A stretch of DNA of 64,000 nt from a virus: IMG/VR virus record IMGVR_UViG_3300025598_000020. One strand, 5' to 3'. Below, in pieces: positions 37,085-46,475 of the stretch. The notes below the pieces were generated by a model. That model ran no database searches, was not told the DNA's origin, and saw only the letters and a list, made by a program, of their open reading frames with translations. The first letter of the stretch is position 1, and every line of letters starts with the position of its first letter. The translations under genes were made by a program, and so were the position numbers.

Positions 37085-37369
37085 TTACTTACTGTAATCC
37101 ACGACATTTACAAGATTCATCTTTTCTTGTGCAGACCAATTCTTCAAATAATCATTATCTATGTCAAACAAGTCCAGATATTCAATCTTAGAAAGTTCAC
37201 GACTTGAACTAATAATTTCATCCAGATGTTGTTGAGAAAACTCTTTGAGTTCTTCACCACCAGTGGTATGCATGGTTACTTCATCCAAGGCATGACCTTC
37301 TTCTTTACATTCCACGACATAACGCATACGAAACATTGAAATGGTTTCAACAAGATATAATTTAGACAT
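37085..37369 (-). CDS. Hypothetical protein
   Basis: 94 aa, LYLVETISMFRMRYVVE, EFSQQHL. Confidence 0.7.
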   Translation of the reverse strand: MSKLYLVETISMFRMRYVVECKEEGHALDEVTMHTTGGEELKEFSQQHLDEIISSSRELSKIEYLDLFDIDNDYLKNWSAQEKMNLVNVVDYSK

Positions 37370-37565
37370 TTCTCACCTTCTCCAAGGAGTCTTTACGAAC
37401 ATAATATAATTGTTTTGTACGGTTATCCGATGGATCAAATCTTGTAACAGGTAGAAACTCCACACCATCCACAAAATTAGAATCCCAAGACGAATAAGTC
37501 CAATAGAACTCCGTAGGGTTCAATCGGCTACGCATTTTGATTGGATTGTTTTCAACTTTTTTCAT
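37362..37565 (-). CDS. Hypothetical protein (start reset to MKKVENN)
   Basis: Start lies just downstream of a sigma70-type promoter. Confidence 0.6.
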   Translation of the reverse strand: MKKVENNPIKMRSRLNPTEFYWTYSSWDSNFVDGVEFLPVTRFDPSDNRTKQLYYVRKDSLEKVRNV

Positions 37566-37575
37566 GATGTTGAGA

Positions 37576-37604
37576 AGTATATCACAAGAAGGGGACTTTG
37601 GCAA
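37576..37604 (-). promoter_or_regulatory. Sigma70-type promoter overlapping a hairpin
   Basis: TTGCCA, 17 nt, TATACT. Confidence 0.6.
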
Positions 37605-37679
37605 GCCCCCTTGTTCACTTAGCGGAACTTTTCTGGATAATTCAGGCGTTCCCATTCCTCATCGGTAACAGGCCACCAA

Positions 37680-38120
37680 TTATTCATCTTTAGATTTGAT
37701 ACCAATTTTCTTGATAGCATCCTGTGTTTTGACGATATTTTCCAACCAAACTTTTAACATACCGTTGGCTAATTCCGCATCTTTGATTTCAATCTTATCA
37801 TTGATTGTAAAGACACGTTCAAAAGCACGGTTTGCAATTCCCTTGTATAGGAAATGTTCGTCATCTGCATCATCTTTTGCAAGACCCTTGATGACAAGTT
37901 TGTTGCCGTCCATTGTGATTTCAATATCAGACTTAGCAAAACCAGCAACTGCCATTTCAATGACGTACTTGTTTTCTTTTACTTGTTTGATATTGTATGG
38001 GGGATAACCCATTGATTTGGCTGTATGCTCTGTTGCTCTGCGTAGAGCATCCATAGTTTCTTCAAAGCCAATGAATTGACCGAACAGGTCTTTGCCGAAG
38101 ACATCTTTTAGATATGTCAT
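37680..38120 (-). CDS. Small heat-shock protein (Hsp20/IbpA-like)
   Basis: YPPYNI, MAVAGF, YKGIANRAFER, NGML. Confidence 0.95.
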   Translation of the reverse strand: MTYLKDVFGKDLFGQFIGFEETMDALRRATEHTAKSMGYPPYNIKQVKENKYVIEMAVAGFAKSDIEITMDGNKLVIKGLAKDDADDEHFLYKGIANRAFERVFTINDKIEIKDAELANGMLKVWLENIVKTQDAIKKIGIKSKDE

Positions 38121-38126
38121 ATTTTT

Positions 38127-38141
38127 CTCCTAAAAAGCGAG
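38127..38141 (-). promoter_or_regulatory. ROSE-like RNA thermometer hairpin over the Hsp20 Shine-Dalgarno
   Basis: CTCGCT-TTTT-AGGAG (UYGCU opposite AGGA). Confidence 0.6.
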
Positions 38142-38276
38142 TTAATAAAATGCGATACCCCGAAGGCGTATCATTTTCCAGCTTACTTTATACTGGACCA
38201 ACTAACGAGTGGTAGTGAAATCTCTCGGACGCCTTTTACCGTGAACGTCAAACAGCCCTAAGGTGGGCCTGTCTTA

Positions 38277-38284
38277 TATTTATA
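38277..38284 (-). promoter_or_regulatory. Late promoter TATAAATA
   Basis: Exact consensus overlapping the regA stop codon. Confidence 0.65.
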
Positions 38285-38684
38285 CTTTTTTCTTAGAGCC
38301 AATATTGTATTTCGGAACGAGTTGCCATTCATGTTTCTCTTTGTGAGAAATAATCTTGACTTGGCTAATGAAGATTGGTTCTGGAACTTGAATCTGAGAT
38401 TCATTGATAACCTTCACCAAACCCCAATCTTGTAACAACTTAACAATAGCATTTCTACGAGACAAATCATTCTCGGTCAAATCGGTTGGTTTACCATCCA
38501 ATGCAAACAATTCTTTAAAGTGAACTATGTAATACTTACCTTGTTTATGTAAAATATGACAAGATTGAAAAAGTGTTTTATCTTTTTTAGATGATACACC
38601 AATTCTTGTTAAAGTTTCACGGACCTTTAAAAAATCATCTGTTTCAGTTAATGTAACTTCAACTAGGTCTTGTATTCCTATCAT
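38280..38684 (-). CDS. regA: Translational repressor RegA
   Basis: DDFLKVRETLTRIGV, QSCHILHKQGKYYIVHFKELF. Confidence 0.97.
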   Translation of the reverse strand: MIGIQDLVEVTLTETDDFLKVRETLTRIGVSSKKDKTLFQSCHILHKQGKYYIVHFKELFALDGKPTDLTENDLSRRNAIVKLLQDWGLVKVINESQIQVPEPIFISQVKIISHKEKHEWQLVPKYNIGSKKKV

Positions 38685-39069
38685 TATTCACTCCGCCTTT
38701 ATTTGTTTTTGCTTTTATCTCAGCGATTTGTTCATCATCAAGAATACGCAATGCTTCTTTGGCCTTTTCGTTGGAGTAACCAAAATACTGCTTGACACAT
38801 TCTATATCCTTTAAGACCTCGGCTTTTTGCCATGGCTGAAACTTACGTTTCATAGGTCTGATTGTATTTAGAAGATACTGGTATTGCATATCGGAATCTA
38901 AATCTGGATACAGATTCATTTCGTTTGCATACAATACACAGTCCATGTGAAAAGATAAAGCACGATTGACCACAAACTTATTATAGTCTTTATAGTCAAC
39001 TTCACCATCAAATACATTCTTCTTGGTTTGAAGAATAGACGGAACAATTTCTTTGAATAAATCAGGCAT
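38659..39069 (-). CDS. gp62: Clamp loader small subunit
   Basis: NRALS..D, ANEMN, YFGYSNEKA; synteny. Confidence 0.92.
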   Translation of the reverse strand: MPDLFKEIVPSILQTKKNVFDGEVDYKDYNKFVVNRALSFHMDCVLYANEMNLYPDLDSDMQYQYLLNTIRPMKRKFQPWQKAEVLKDIECVKQYFGYSNEKAKEALRILDDEQIAEIKAKTNKGGVNNDRNTRPS

Positions 39070-40001
39070 TATTTGAACTCACAATCCACCATGACTTCTG
39101 TCAAACAGGCAATCATATTGATTTCGTGGTCAGGAACAAAAGCGGCTTGATATTGATACTTAGCCAAGTGAAGAACCAATTGAGGAACCGAGTTTGGTTG
39201 TAATAGTTCATACAAACCATCATAAATCTTACGATAGATTTTTGCAGGATCATTGTCTAAGTTTTGTGTTACCCATTTACGAGCACCAGCAAAATCTTTA
39301 GACTTCAATGACTTGATAAGGTCAGTCAGTTGCACATCAGCAACAGAACCAAGAATACCCTTGTCAATATTACCTGAAACACCATATCGTTGCAATTCGT
39401 TTAGAATACGGCGATTGTCTGGAAAGTGTTTAGTGATGATGGCCGCAACCACATCTTTTTCGTATGTGATATTTTCTTGTGTAAGAATACTTTCAACACG
39501 TTTAAAGAAAGCGGTTGCCATCTTGGCTTTAGAACCATTTAACTTGTAGTCAATACAAGTGCAACGAGAATGTATAGGATCAATAATCCGATTCTTAAAG
39601 TTACAAGTGAATATGAACGAACAGTTGTTAGCAAATTCTTCAATGGATGCACGTAGGATCGCTTGTGCGTTAGGTGTAAGATAATCTGCCTCATCTAAGA
39701 TGATGACCTTGCGGCCGCCCATCAAAGAAACGGATGAAGCATAGTTTTTAATTTTAACACGGATGGTATCAACACCGTTCTCATCAGAACCGTTGATTAC
39801 GATATAGTCACAACCAACTTCTTCACACAAAGCCTTTGCGACTGTGGTTTTACCAACACCGGCGGTACCAGACAACAAGAGATTGGGAATCTCTTTTCTA
39901 TTAACATATTCTTGGAAAGTTGCTTTCAAAGAATCGGGAAGGATACAATCTTCAATCGTTTTAGGACGATACTTCTCCACCCACAACATGTGATTCGACA
40001 T
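39069..40001 (-). CDS. gp44: Clamp loader large subunit
   Basis: WVEKYRP, GVGKTT, DEAD, SRC. Confidence 0.97.
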   Translation of the reverse strand: MSNHMLWVEKYRPKTIEDCILPDSLKATFQEYVNRKEIPNLLLSGTAGVGKTTVAKALCEEVGCDYIVINGSDENGVDTIRVKIKNYASSVSLMGGRKVIILDEADYLTPNAQAILRASIEEFANNCSFIFTCNFKNRIIDPIHSRCTCIDYKLNGSKAKMATAFFKRVESILTQENITYEKDVVAAIITKHFPDNRRILNELQRYGVSGNIDKGILGSVADVQLTDLIKSLKSKDFAGARKWVTQNLDNDPAKIYRKIYDGLYELLQPNSVPQLVLHLAKYQYQAAFVPDHEINMIACLTEVMVDCEFK

Positions 40002-40031
40002 TCAATAACCTCATAATATAAAAATTCAGTA

Positions 40032-40055
40032 TGACACGGCCCGAAGGCCGTGTCA
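40032..40055 (-). terminator. Strong hairpin (terminator or processing site)
   Basis: TGACACGGC / GCCGTGTCA around a TTCG-containing loop. Confidence 0.6.
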
Positions 40056-40063
40056 AGTTAACA

Positions 40064-41191
40064 TTAGAACTGTGTGGCTGATAATAACCTGCGTTTAACC
40101 GGAGAAAGACTTTCAGTCAATTTTCTCCATTCATCACAGGATTCAGGAATAGCACAATCTCCTTTTAAACCACCAACTCGAAAATTGATATCTCTGGCAA
40201 AACAATATTCGTTAAATAAAACAACGAATCTTGAAGCATAGAATTCTCTAATTTTGATACCACCAGAATCTTCAACAATATCTTGTTGTGTTGTTAATGG
40301 GCCTTTACCATTAAATTTACGGCGTTCGGTAAAAACATATTTAATAAAGTCGTCAAAAGAACAAATCAATTTATTATTTTTTTGAATTTTATAAAATCTT
40401 TCACCAAATACTTTTTGGAATAAAACCAAACCTACAAATAAAAATCCTTTAATGTCTGTTTCAGTCAAATGCTCTTTCAATGAATGTAGAGAAATCTTAA
40501 CGTATTCTTTATTTGGTGTATCATCAAGACGCAAAGCTTCAATTAAGTTACCATATGATTCAAAGGTATGTGTAGCAACATAATCATTGCGGTTCGTATT
40601 GGCAATAGAAATGCCAAAAGGTTTTACAAACTCATATAAAGCAACTGCATCTGGGTCTTTAGCTCCATAAGCACCCTTAAATTTGTGTTCGGCAACCATG
40701 TTCCAACGGTCAATGTTGTCACTATTATAATTGTCGGATTCTATTTGTTTAATTTTGTCAATGTCAGTTTCACTATGAACTTCTAATGACACTTCAACAT
40801 ATGCATCTTTACCCAAAGTCAGATAACGTTGTGCGGTTCGATGATTGCCTTGGGTCAAAACTAATGTGCCGTCAGGACGTAAGTATGCTTTCATTCCATT
40901 TGCTTTGCCATAACAAAACCCATTATGTTTTTCTAGGTTTTTCATGGCTTTTTCTAAATTCAATTCGTCTGTTCTATTGTAAAAGTCATCACCGTAAAGA
41001 TATTTAACTTGAATTAAACATACAAATTTTGCTCCAGGAACTAAAACATTTGAGGCTTTTAATTCATCATATGTTGGTAAGTTTTGTGAGTACGTATCCA
41101 AAGGAACACTTAATGTGGACCTATAATAACTTAATTTTTTAGGTGTAAGTTTTGGATTTTTATCAACAATATCAATAATTTTATGTAACAT
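40064..41191 (-). CDS. Hypothetical protein, possible ParB-like N-terminal domain
   Basis: RPDG..VLTQGNHR resembles the ParB (D)GxHR motif; AGGAG RBS at MLHK start. Confidence 0.55.
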   Translation of the reverse strand: MLHKIIDIVDKNPKLTPKKLSYYRSTLSVPLDTYSQNLPTYDELKASNVLVPGAKFVCLIQVKYLYGDDFYNRTDELNLEKAMKNLEKHNGFCYGKANGMKAYLRPDGTLVLTQGNHRTAQRYLTLGKDAYVEVSLEVHSETDIDKIKQIESDNYNSDNIDRWNMVAEHKFKGAYGAKDPDAVALYEFVKPFGISIANTNRNDYVATHTFESYGNLIEALRLDDTPNKEYVKISLHSLKEHLTETDIKGFLFVGLVLFQKVFGERFYKIQKNNKLICSFDDFIKYVFTERRKFNGKGPLTTQQDIVEDSGGIKIREFYASRFVVLFNEYCFARDINFRVGGLKGDCAIPESCDEWRKLTESLSPVKRRLLSATQF

Positions 41192-41279
41192 TTTTTCTCC
41201 TTTGGTTAACGTTACGTTTAAAAAATCAAAGGGGTATAGTCCTTTGATATTGGAAGTTGTAACTTCCAAATTCATTGTA

Positions 41280-41630
41280 TCAGATTCTACGCCATTGGTC
41301 AAGTTCTTTGACGTATAACTTACCATCAGGACCAGGAACAATATTCACCTGGACTTTTTTCTCTGTACCAGGTTTGTATCTTGGGCCTATACCCGATATA
41401 ACATACATGTTTGTTCCAAGGTATTTCTGTGGTGGCATTTCTTTACCGTATGTTGCACTCAATTGCAACACAGGTTTACTATCAATCTGTTTTTGTAGTT
41501 CTTCGGAAGGAATCTCGTCTTGTTTATATACAATACGTTCTTTCACTTCCTTGTAACCTTCAATACCAGCAACAAGTAGGCCAGCAAGGCCTAATGTTTT
41601 GGCAAAAGACCTACGAGTTGCTTTTTCCAT
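41280..41630 (-). CDS. Hypothetical protein with twin-arginine (Tat)-like signal
   Basis: MEKATRRSFAKTLGLAGLLVAG. Confidence 0.65.
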   Translation of the reverse strand: MEKATRRSFAKTLGLAGLLVAGIEGYKEVKERIVYKQDEIPSEELQKQIDSKPVLQLSATYGKEMPPQKYLGTNMYVISGIGPRYKPGTEKKVQVNIVPGPDGKLYVKELDQWRRI

Positions 41631-42012
41631 TTTTAGTGACCTTCTTTGCAGGTGCTTTTGCAACAGTTTTACGTGGTGTACGTTTCTTTGCAACAGGTTT
41701 TACTGTTTCAGCGACTTGTTCAACTTGTGTATCAGTCAAAGCACCATCGTCTTTTTCATACTTTGGTTCTTCAACAAATTTAATAGTAGCACTACCAATG
41801 GTTCCTGGCATAGGAATTGGATTCCCAACCAATTCTTCTTCTTTAAAAGCATCTTCAAGTTGTTGTGGTGTTGGTGATTCAATAACTTCTGTCTTTGTAA
41901 GAACTTCAGTTTTTTCAGGACCCAACTGAACCAAAGGTGCAGTTTCTACGATAGGTTCTGGTTGTTTTTCTACAGGTTTAGACTTGAATAGACCAAATAG
42001 TTTACTTAACAT
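41611..42012 (-). CDS. Hypothetical protein, Glu/Pro-rich with basic tail
   Basis: MLSKLFGLF start, GGAG RBS. Confidence 0.65.
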   Translation of the reverse strand: MLSKLFGLFKSKPVEKQPEPIVETAPLVQLGPEKTEVLTKTEVIESPTPQQLEDAFKEEELVGNPIPMPGTIGSATIKFVEEPKYEKDDGALTDTQVEQVAETVKPVAKKRTPRKTVAKAPAKKVTKNGKSNS

Positions 42013-42280
42013 CTTTAATACTCTCCAAAAGAGCCTCAAACTCTTTAAATTCTGCAACTTCTTCTTGCAGTGACTGGTTATATTGAACCTTGGCCATGCG
42101 TTTGATAATCTTCTTAGGGATTTTTAATTCGTCATGGGCAAGACTTACCATGTCAGCCATAGATTGTGATGTTGCTTTTGCTCGTGACATGCATACCACA
42201 ATTTCTTCAATGTAACCCTTGAGAGCTCTTAATTGTTTCTCATCAAAGGTGCCATATAATGTTTGAACTTGGTTAGTCAT
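42002..42280 (-). CDS. T4 DsbA-like dsDNA-binding protein
   Basis: IPKKIIKRMAKVQY..SLQEEVAE motif; size. Confidence 0.7.
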   Translation of the reverse strand: MTNQVQTLYGTFDEKQLRALKGYIEEIVVCMSRAKATSQSMADMVSLAHDELKIPKKIIKRMAKVQYNQSLQEEVAEFKEFEALLESIKDVK

Positions 42281-42282
42281 AT

Positions 42283-42951
42283 TTAGAAGGTACTTTCTTT
42301 AGATTCAATTGCAATCCAGTATTGAATTTCTTCTTTAGTGTTTTTGAAGTTAGCCAAACCTTTGAAAGAGATTTGAACATCATATGTTCCTTGAATCATC
42401 TTCAAGTTTTCGGTCTTAAACACAAGGTTGAAAGATTTACCATTACCATCACCAACCTTGATGGAACTGGTGTGTTGTGAATCATCCTTGGCATCATATG
42501 CAACAAGGTCAACAGTCTCACCATCAGACTTCAATGCAATATTAGGTGACGATAGAATTGCAGCAGAACGCATGATTTCTGCATAGTCAACATCAGACAA
42601 CGTGAAAGAATAATCAATCACAGCCAACTTGATTTCTTTTTCTGGAGGAACAACGATGGTATCTTTAGATGCCATGCGATACTTGGTCTTACTACGACCA
42701 CCTTGGAATGTAATATTAGATGCATCAAATTCAAGGTCAACATCACCCTTGAACATAGAGTGAACCAACAAGAACTGGTTCAAATCATAGACACAAAAGT
42801 CTTGTGGAAATTCATCTTTGAGAAGAGCTTGCGCCAAGACAGATTTACCAGCAGAAATTGTTGTCAATTTATTACCTTGTTTGAATTCAAGGTTTTGATT
42901 AATCGTAGAGAAATTCTTCAATACGGTAAGTGTTTCAGTAGATAGTTTCAT
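42283..42951 (-). CDS. gp45: Sliding clamp
   Basis: MKLS..T..VLKNFSTIN, YDLNQFL, YWIAIE. Confidence 0.95.
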   Translation of the reverse strand: MKLSTETLTVLKNFSTINQNLEFKQGNKLTTISAGKSVLAQALLKDEFPQDFCVYDLNQFLLVHSMFKGDVDLEFDASNITFQGGRSKTKYRMASKDTIVVPPEKEIKLAVIDYSFTLSDVDYAEIMRSAAILSSPNIALKSDGETVDLVAYDAKDDSQHTSSIKVGDGNGKSFNLVFKTENLKMIQGTYDVQISFKGLANFKNTKEEIQYWIAIESKESTF

Positions 42952-43346
42952 TTGTTTTCCTCATTATGTAAAGTTTCTTTGGAATAGATTGTATCATGTT
43001 CATAAAGAAACATCAAGCAGCACATAGCATGTGCCAAGTGATGAATACCAGATTCTGGATCATCTTGTTCGCCACGTTTCCAAGCCCACACATGTCTTTG
43101 TAATGCGTCAAAATATCTACGTTTAGAATCTGGAACTTTTTGCCAGTTATCTCGTTCATATTTCTGTGCACCAAAGGTGAGAACCTTTACGACTTCATCT
43201 AAAGCAAATGGTGGCAACAAACCATATTCTAGTTTGCCACCATCAAATTTGCGGCCAAGTTCTTGAACCTGTGCCGTGACGGAAACAGGAACATCGATAG
43301 GTGAAGAAACATCATCATCACTGTTGCGGTATCCTGTTGTTGTCAT
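42948..43346 (-). CDS. dATP/dGTP diphosphohydrolase-domain protein (DUF5664-like)
   Basis: KFDGGK, GAQKY..DNW, RH, DPESG.HHLAHA. Confidence 0.85.
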   Translation of the reverse strand: MTTTGYRNSDDDVSSPIDVPVSVTAQVQELGRKFDGGKLEYGLLPPFALDEVVKVLTFGAQKYERDNWQKVPDSKRRYFDALQRHVWAWKRGEQDDPESGIHHLAHAMCCLMFLYEHDTIYSKETLHNEENK

Positions 43347-43347
43347 T

Positions 43348-44166
43348 TTACATTTCTCCAACGAAATTAGCAACAGCTGGCATATCTCCGTGGAAGTGAT
43401 ATGTACCAATGTGTGCAGTTCTCATCCATGGACACAAGTAGATTTCTCCACCCAATTTACGCCACATTTGACAGAACATATAATCTTCTGACAGATAACG
43501 GTCTGAACCACCACCTGTGATAGAGTCTTTAGTATCAATCACGGTATCAAAGAATGCGTGAATATAACGAGAACCATCAAAGTTGGCTTGGCCAACGTGG
43601 TCTGGACGATAACGAATCATTGGATATGCTTCTTCCATTTTGGTGAAAACATCACGTTTAACCATCATGAAACCAGTACCAATTTCTAATACATCCAATG
43701 GTTCTGTCACGTTAAACTGTGCAGTACCTTTAACTGGATTGAAAACAAAGTCACCAACAACCTTTTCGAGAGTTTGTGGATCAATATTTGGATTCTTTTC
43801 CATAGCTTTAACGGCAGAACGCCACTTGATTGCTTTCTTAGGATAAGGACCACCGATAACATCTTTATCCAAAGCCAACATTGCGATAACATCTTGTGGA
43901 TTAAAGTTAATGTCTGAGTCAATGAACAATAAGTGTGTACATTCGGAACGGTGAATAAATTCATCAACCAAATAGTTACGAGCACGTGTAATTAGTGATT
44001 CATTGAACAAGAATGAGAATTTGACCTGAATGCCATATTGCATACAAAGTCCTTGCAAGTCCAAACATGCTTTCATGTATAGACCGTGATTCATACCACC
44101 GTACATTGGGGTGGCAACGAAGATACTATACTTTCTTAGTTCTTCTGTTTTGATTGAAATTTCCAT
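43348..44166 (-). CDS. GT-A fold glycosyltransferase-like protein
   Basis: ATPMYGG, ESLITRARN, FIDSD, SEDY.FC. Confidence 0.7.
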   Translation of the reverse strand: MEISIKTEELRKYSIFVATPMYGGMNHGLYMKACLDLQGLCMQYGIQVKFSFLFNESLITRARNYLVDEFIHRSECTHLLFIDSDINFNPQDVIAMLALDKDVIGGPYPKKAIKWRSAVKAMEKNPNIDPQTLEKVVGDFVFNPVKGTAQFNVTEPLDVLEIGTGFMMVKRDVFTKMEEAYPMIRYRPDHVGQANFDGSRYIHAFFDTVIDTKDSITGGGSDRYLSEDYMFCQMWRKLGGEIYLCPWMRTAHIGTYHFHGDMPAVANFVGEM

Positions 44167-44191
44167 GTGAACTCCAAGTTAATAAAAAATA

Positions 44192-44209
44192 GGAACCCCG
44201 AAGGGTTCC
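44192..44209 (-). terminator. Intrinsic terminator
   Basis: GGAACCC-TTCG-GGGTTCC followed by TATTTTTT. Confidence 0.8.
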
Positions 44210-44218
44210 GTGTGTCAA

Positions 44219-44485
44219 TTAAGCAGTCAAAGAAGCACCAGCTGCCAATGCGGTACGAACCAAAGATTTAGTTGGTGTACCAAGACGATAAACATTGATT
44301 TTCTTGCCGTTAACAGTCTTTGTGTTTGTATAAATGCAATGACCTTCTTGACGAAGTTCATCGATACGTGCAGAAACGTTCTTGATTCCGAAACGGCGTT
44401 GTGCAGACTTAACGGTGAAAGTGTTGTAACCTTCAGTTTGCTTCAAGGCGTTAAGAATACGGGTTTTTGCGGATAGATTGCTCAT
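44219..44485 (-). CDS. Small winged-helix DNA-binding protein
   Basis: FGIKNVSARIDELRQEG..IYTN. Confidence 0.75.
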   Translation of the reverse strand: MSNLSAKTRILNALKQTEGYNTFTVKSAQRRFGIKNVSARIDELRQEGHCIYTNTKTVNGKKINVYRLGTPTKSLVRTALAAGASLTA

Positions 44486-44535
44486 AATATAGACTCCTAA
44501 TAATTTAAAAAAACTCTCATTGCGAGAGAATCAAC

Positions 44536-44564
44536 ATCATACACTTATGTATGTCACTTGTCAA
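44536..44564 (-). promoter_or_regulatory. Sigma70-type early promoter
   Basis: TTGACA, 17 nt, TATGAT; two ACCACAA direct repeats upstream. Confidence 0.75.
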
Positions 44565-44587
44565 GCATATTTGTGGTATACTTGTGG

Positions 44588-45850
44588 TTATCTACCAACT
44601 TGTGGTAGGTATTTGGCCTTGGTTTCATCCCAGGACAAATAAATCAGGTCATCATAGAATAAAGATTCATATGAAACCTGGTTTTTCTTTTGTAGTTGCC
44701 GAATCCTAGGTTTGGCATACTTACTTTTCCAAATGTTTGTGAGTGCTTCCTCGGATGTATCAAATGATTTAACCAAATCTTTGTCACCAATTTCTTTGCG
44801 GAGAAATTCATTTGTGTTATTATACAAAGGAGAGAAATAAATTCCACGTTGGTGTTCGGTACGAATCAACTCTTTTGGAATTTTTAGTTTGCCATAAGCA
44901 AAATTCAATGAACGATTCTTGTGGTCACGCTTTAGTGGAAGTCCTTGTGTGTTGGTTGCTTCCCACCATTCAAAGTATTTTCTCGTATGATTTTCTTTGA
45001 TCCATTTGTAAACCATGTTAGAAGTAGAACGCTTAGGCTCAAACGCAACAGAACCACTAGAGAATCCCATTTTCTGCCAATGTTCCAAACCATCATATTG
45101 AGAAAGCCCATTGGCTTTGGTCTTTCCATAGAGTGACGTTGTAGTAACGCCGACAAGAGTGTCTCCATAACGAACTTTCCAATCTAGTTGAACTGTATCA
45201 GACAAACACAACAAAGCCAACAACTTGCCGCCCATGTAATTATAACCAAGTGGTTGTAGGGGCACAATCGTAGAACCAATTGCTGTGTGATTAATCATGC
45301 CTTGTTGTGTCTTAACATCTCTAGACCAACCGATAGCATTGTCACGTGGTGTCAAGTCTAAGAAGTCGGATGAAATGCAAATAACACCAAGATACTTACC
45401 AGACCTACCATCAACAACGGTGTAAAATAGATTACGACCAATGTTAGAATTGTTTTTCATGGTAGACGAGAATGTACGAATGGCATTCCATGTTTCAGCC
45501 AAATCACCATTATGTAACTGCATAATAGGTTCTAACTTTTCATAATCATCTGGAGAACTAGGAACCCAAAAGTTGTTTTTAACTTTTTGAATTAACTTTT
45601 CTTGTTCTTTATTAACCATGTGTACTTCATCACCCCACAATGTAGATACATCTTTTACGGGATAACGTTCTTTGACTTCACACCATTTTTGGTACAAAGT
45701 GTATTCTCTAACATCCATTGAGGATGCATAAGTTAAATCTTCAATAAGTGTTTTCTTTAGTTGTTCTTCATCAATATGTTCATGGCCAGGATTGATTTCC
45801 TGCCATTCAACCCATTGTTTCTCAACGAACTCTAGCGGAGTTTTTGCCAT
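44588..45850 (-). CDS. DUF4338 (DruA-like) domain protein, copy 2
   Basis: VPLQPLGYNYMGGKLLA, TTSLYG, SQYDG. Confidence 0.7.
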   Translation of the reverse strand: MAKTPLEFVEKQWVEWQEINPGHEHIDEEQLKKTLIEDLTYASSMDVREYTLYQKWCEVKERYPVKDVSTLWGDEVHMVNKEQEKLIQKVKNNFWVPSSPDDYEKLEPIMQLHNGDLAETWNAIRTFSSTMKNNSNIGRNLFYTVVDGRSGKYLGVICISSDFLDLTPRDNAIGWSRDVKTQQGMINHTAIGSTIVPLQPLGYNYMGGKLLALLCLSDTVQLDWKVRYGDTLVGVTTTSLYGKTKANGLSQYDGLEHWQKMGFSSGSVAFEPKRSTSNMVYKWIKENHTRKYFEWWEATNTQGLPLKRDHKNRSLNFAYGKLKIPKELIRTEHQRGIYFSPLYNNTNEFLRKEIGDKDLVKSFDTSEEALTNIWKSKYAKPRIRQLQKKNQVSYESLFYDDLIYLSWDETKAKYLPQVGR

Positions 45851-46475
45851 TTTTTTGTTTTGCCTGTTTCATCATTAGTGCTTGATATTGAGCCATTTTC
45901 TTAATCATTTTGTTTCGTTTATCTAAACCAGATTTGAGAGCCAATGGTTTTACACGGTCAGTATATACTATTCCGTTCATGTGGTCAAGCTCATGCAAGA
46001 AACAACGAGCAGAAATGCCAACATATTTTGCAGTATGTTCTTTACCATTAAAGTCTTGGTATTTTACCACAATTTCAGCAGGACGAGTAACACGCAATCC
46101 TAATAATGGAAAAGATAAACAACCTTCCATCATATGGGATTCTCCCGAAGATTCAATTACTTCAGGATTAAAGTGAGCAACATAATTATCACCAGAACCC
46201 ATCACAAAAACACGATATGGAAAACCACATTGGTTTGCAGATAATCCGATACCACTATTCTTCTTACAAGTTTCAACTAATGAAGATGCAAAATCATTTG
46301 GATTAATGATTGCATTATCGAAATCAAAATGCGGCATAACCTCACGTAGAATCGGATCATCAGGAGATACTAAATCAAAAGTTTCAATCGTTTCGATTTT
46401 AGGATTTACATCACCCTTTAATACATCAGAAGTGTCAAATTTAAAGACACCATCAATTGGTTTTATTTCACTCAT
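45822..46475 (-). CDS. def: Peptide deformylase
   Basis: GIGLSANQ, EGCLS, HELDH. Confidence 0.95.
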   Translation of the reverse strand: MSEIKPIDGVFKFDTSDVLKGDVNPKIETIETFDLVSPDDPILREVMPHFDFDNAIINPNDFASSLVETCKKNSGIGLSANQCGFPYRVFVMGSGDNYVAHFNPEVIESSGESHMMEGCLSFPLLGLRVTRPAEIVVKYQDFNGKEHTAKYVGISARCFLHELDHMNGIVYTDRVKPLALKSGLDKRNKMIKKMAQYQALMMKQAKQKNGKNSARVR

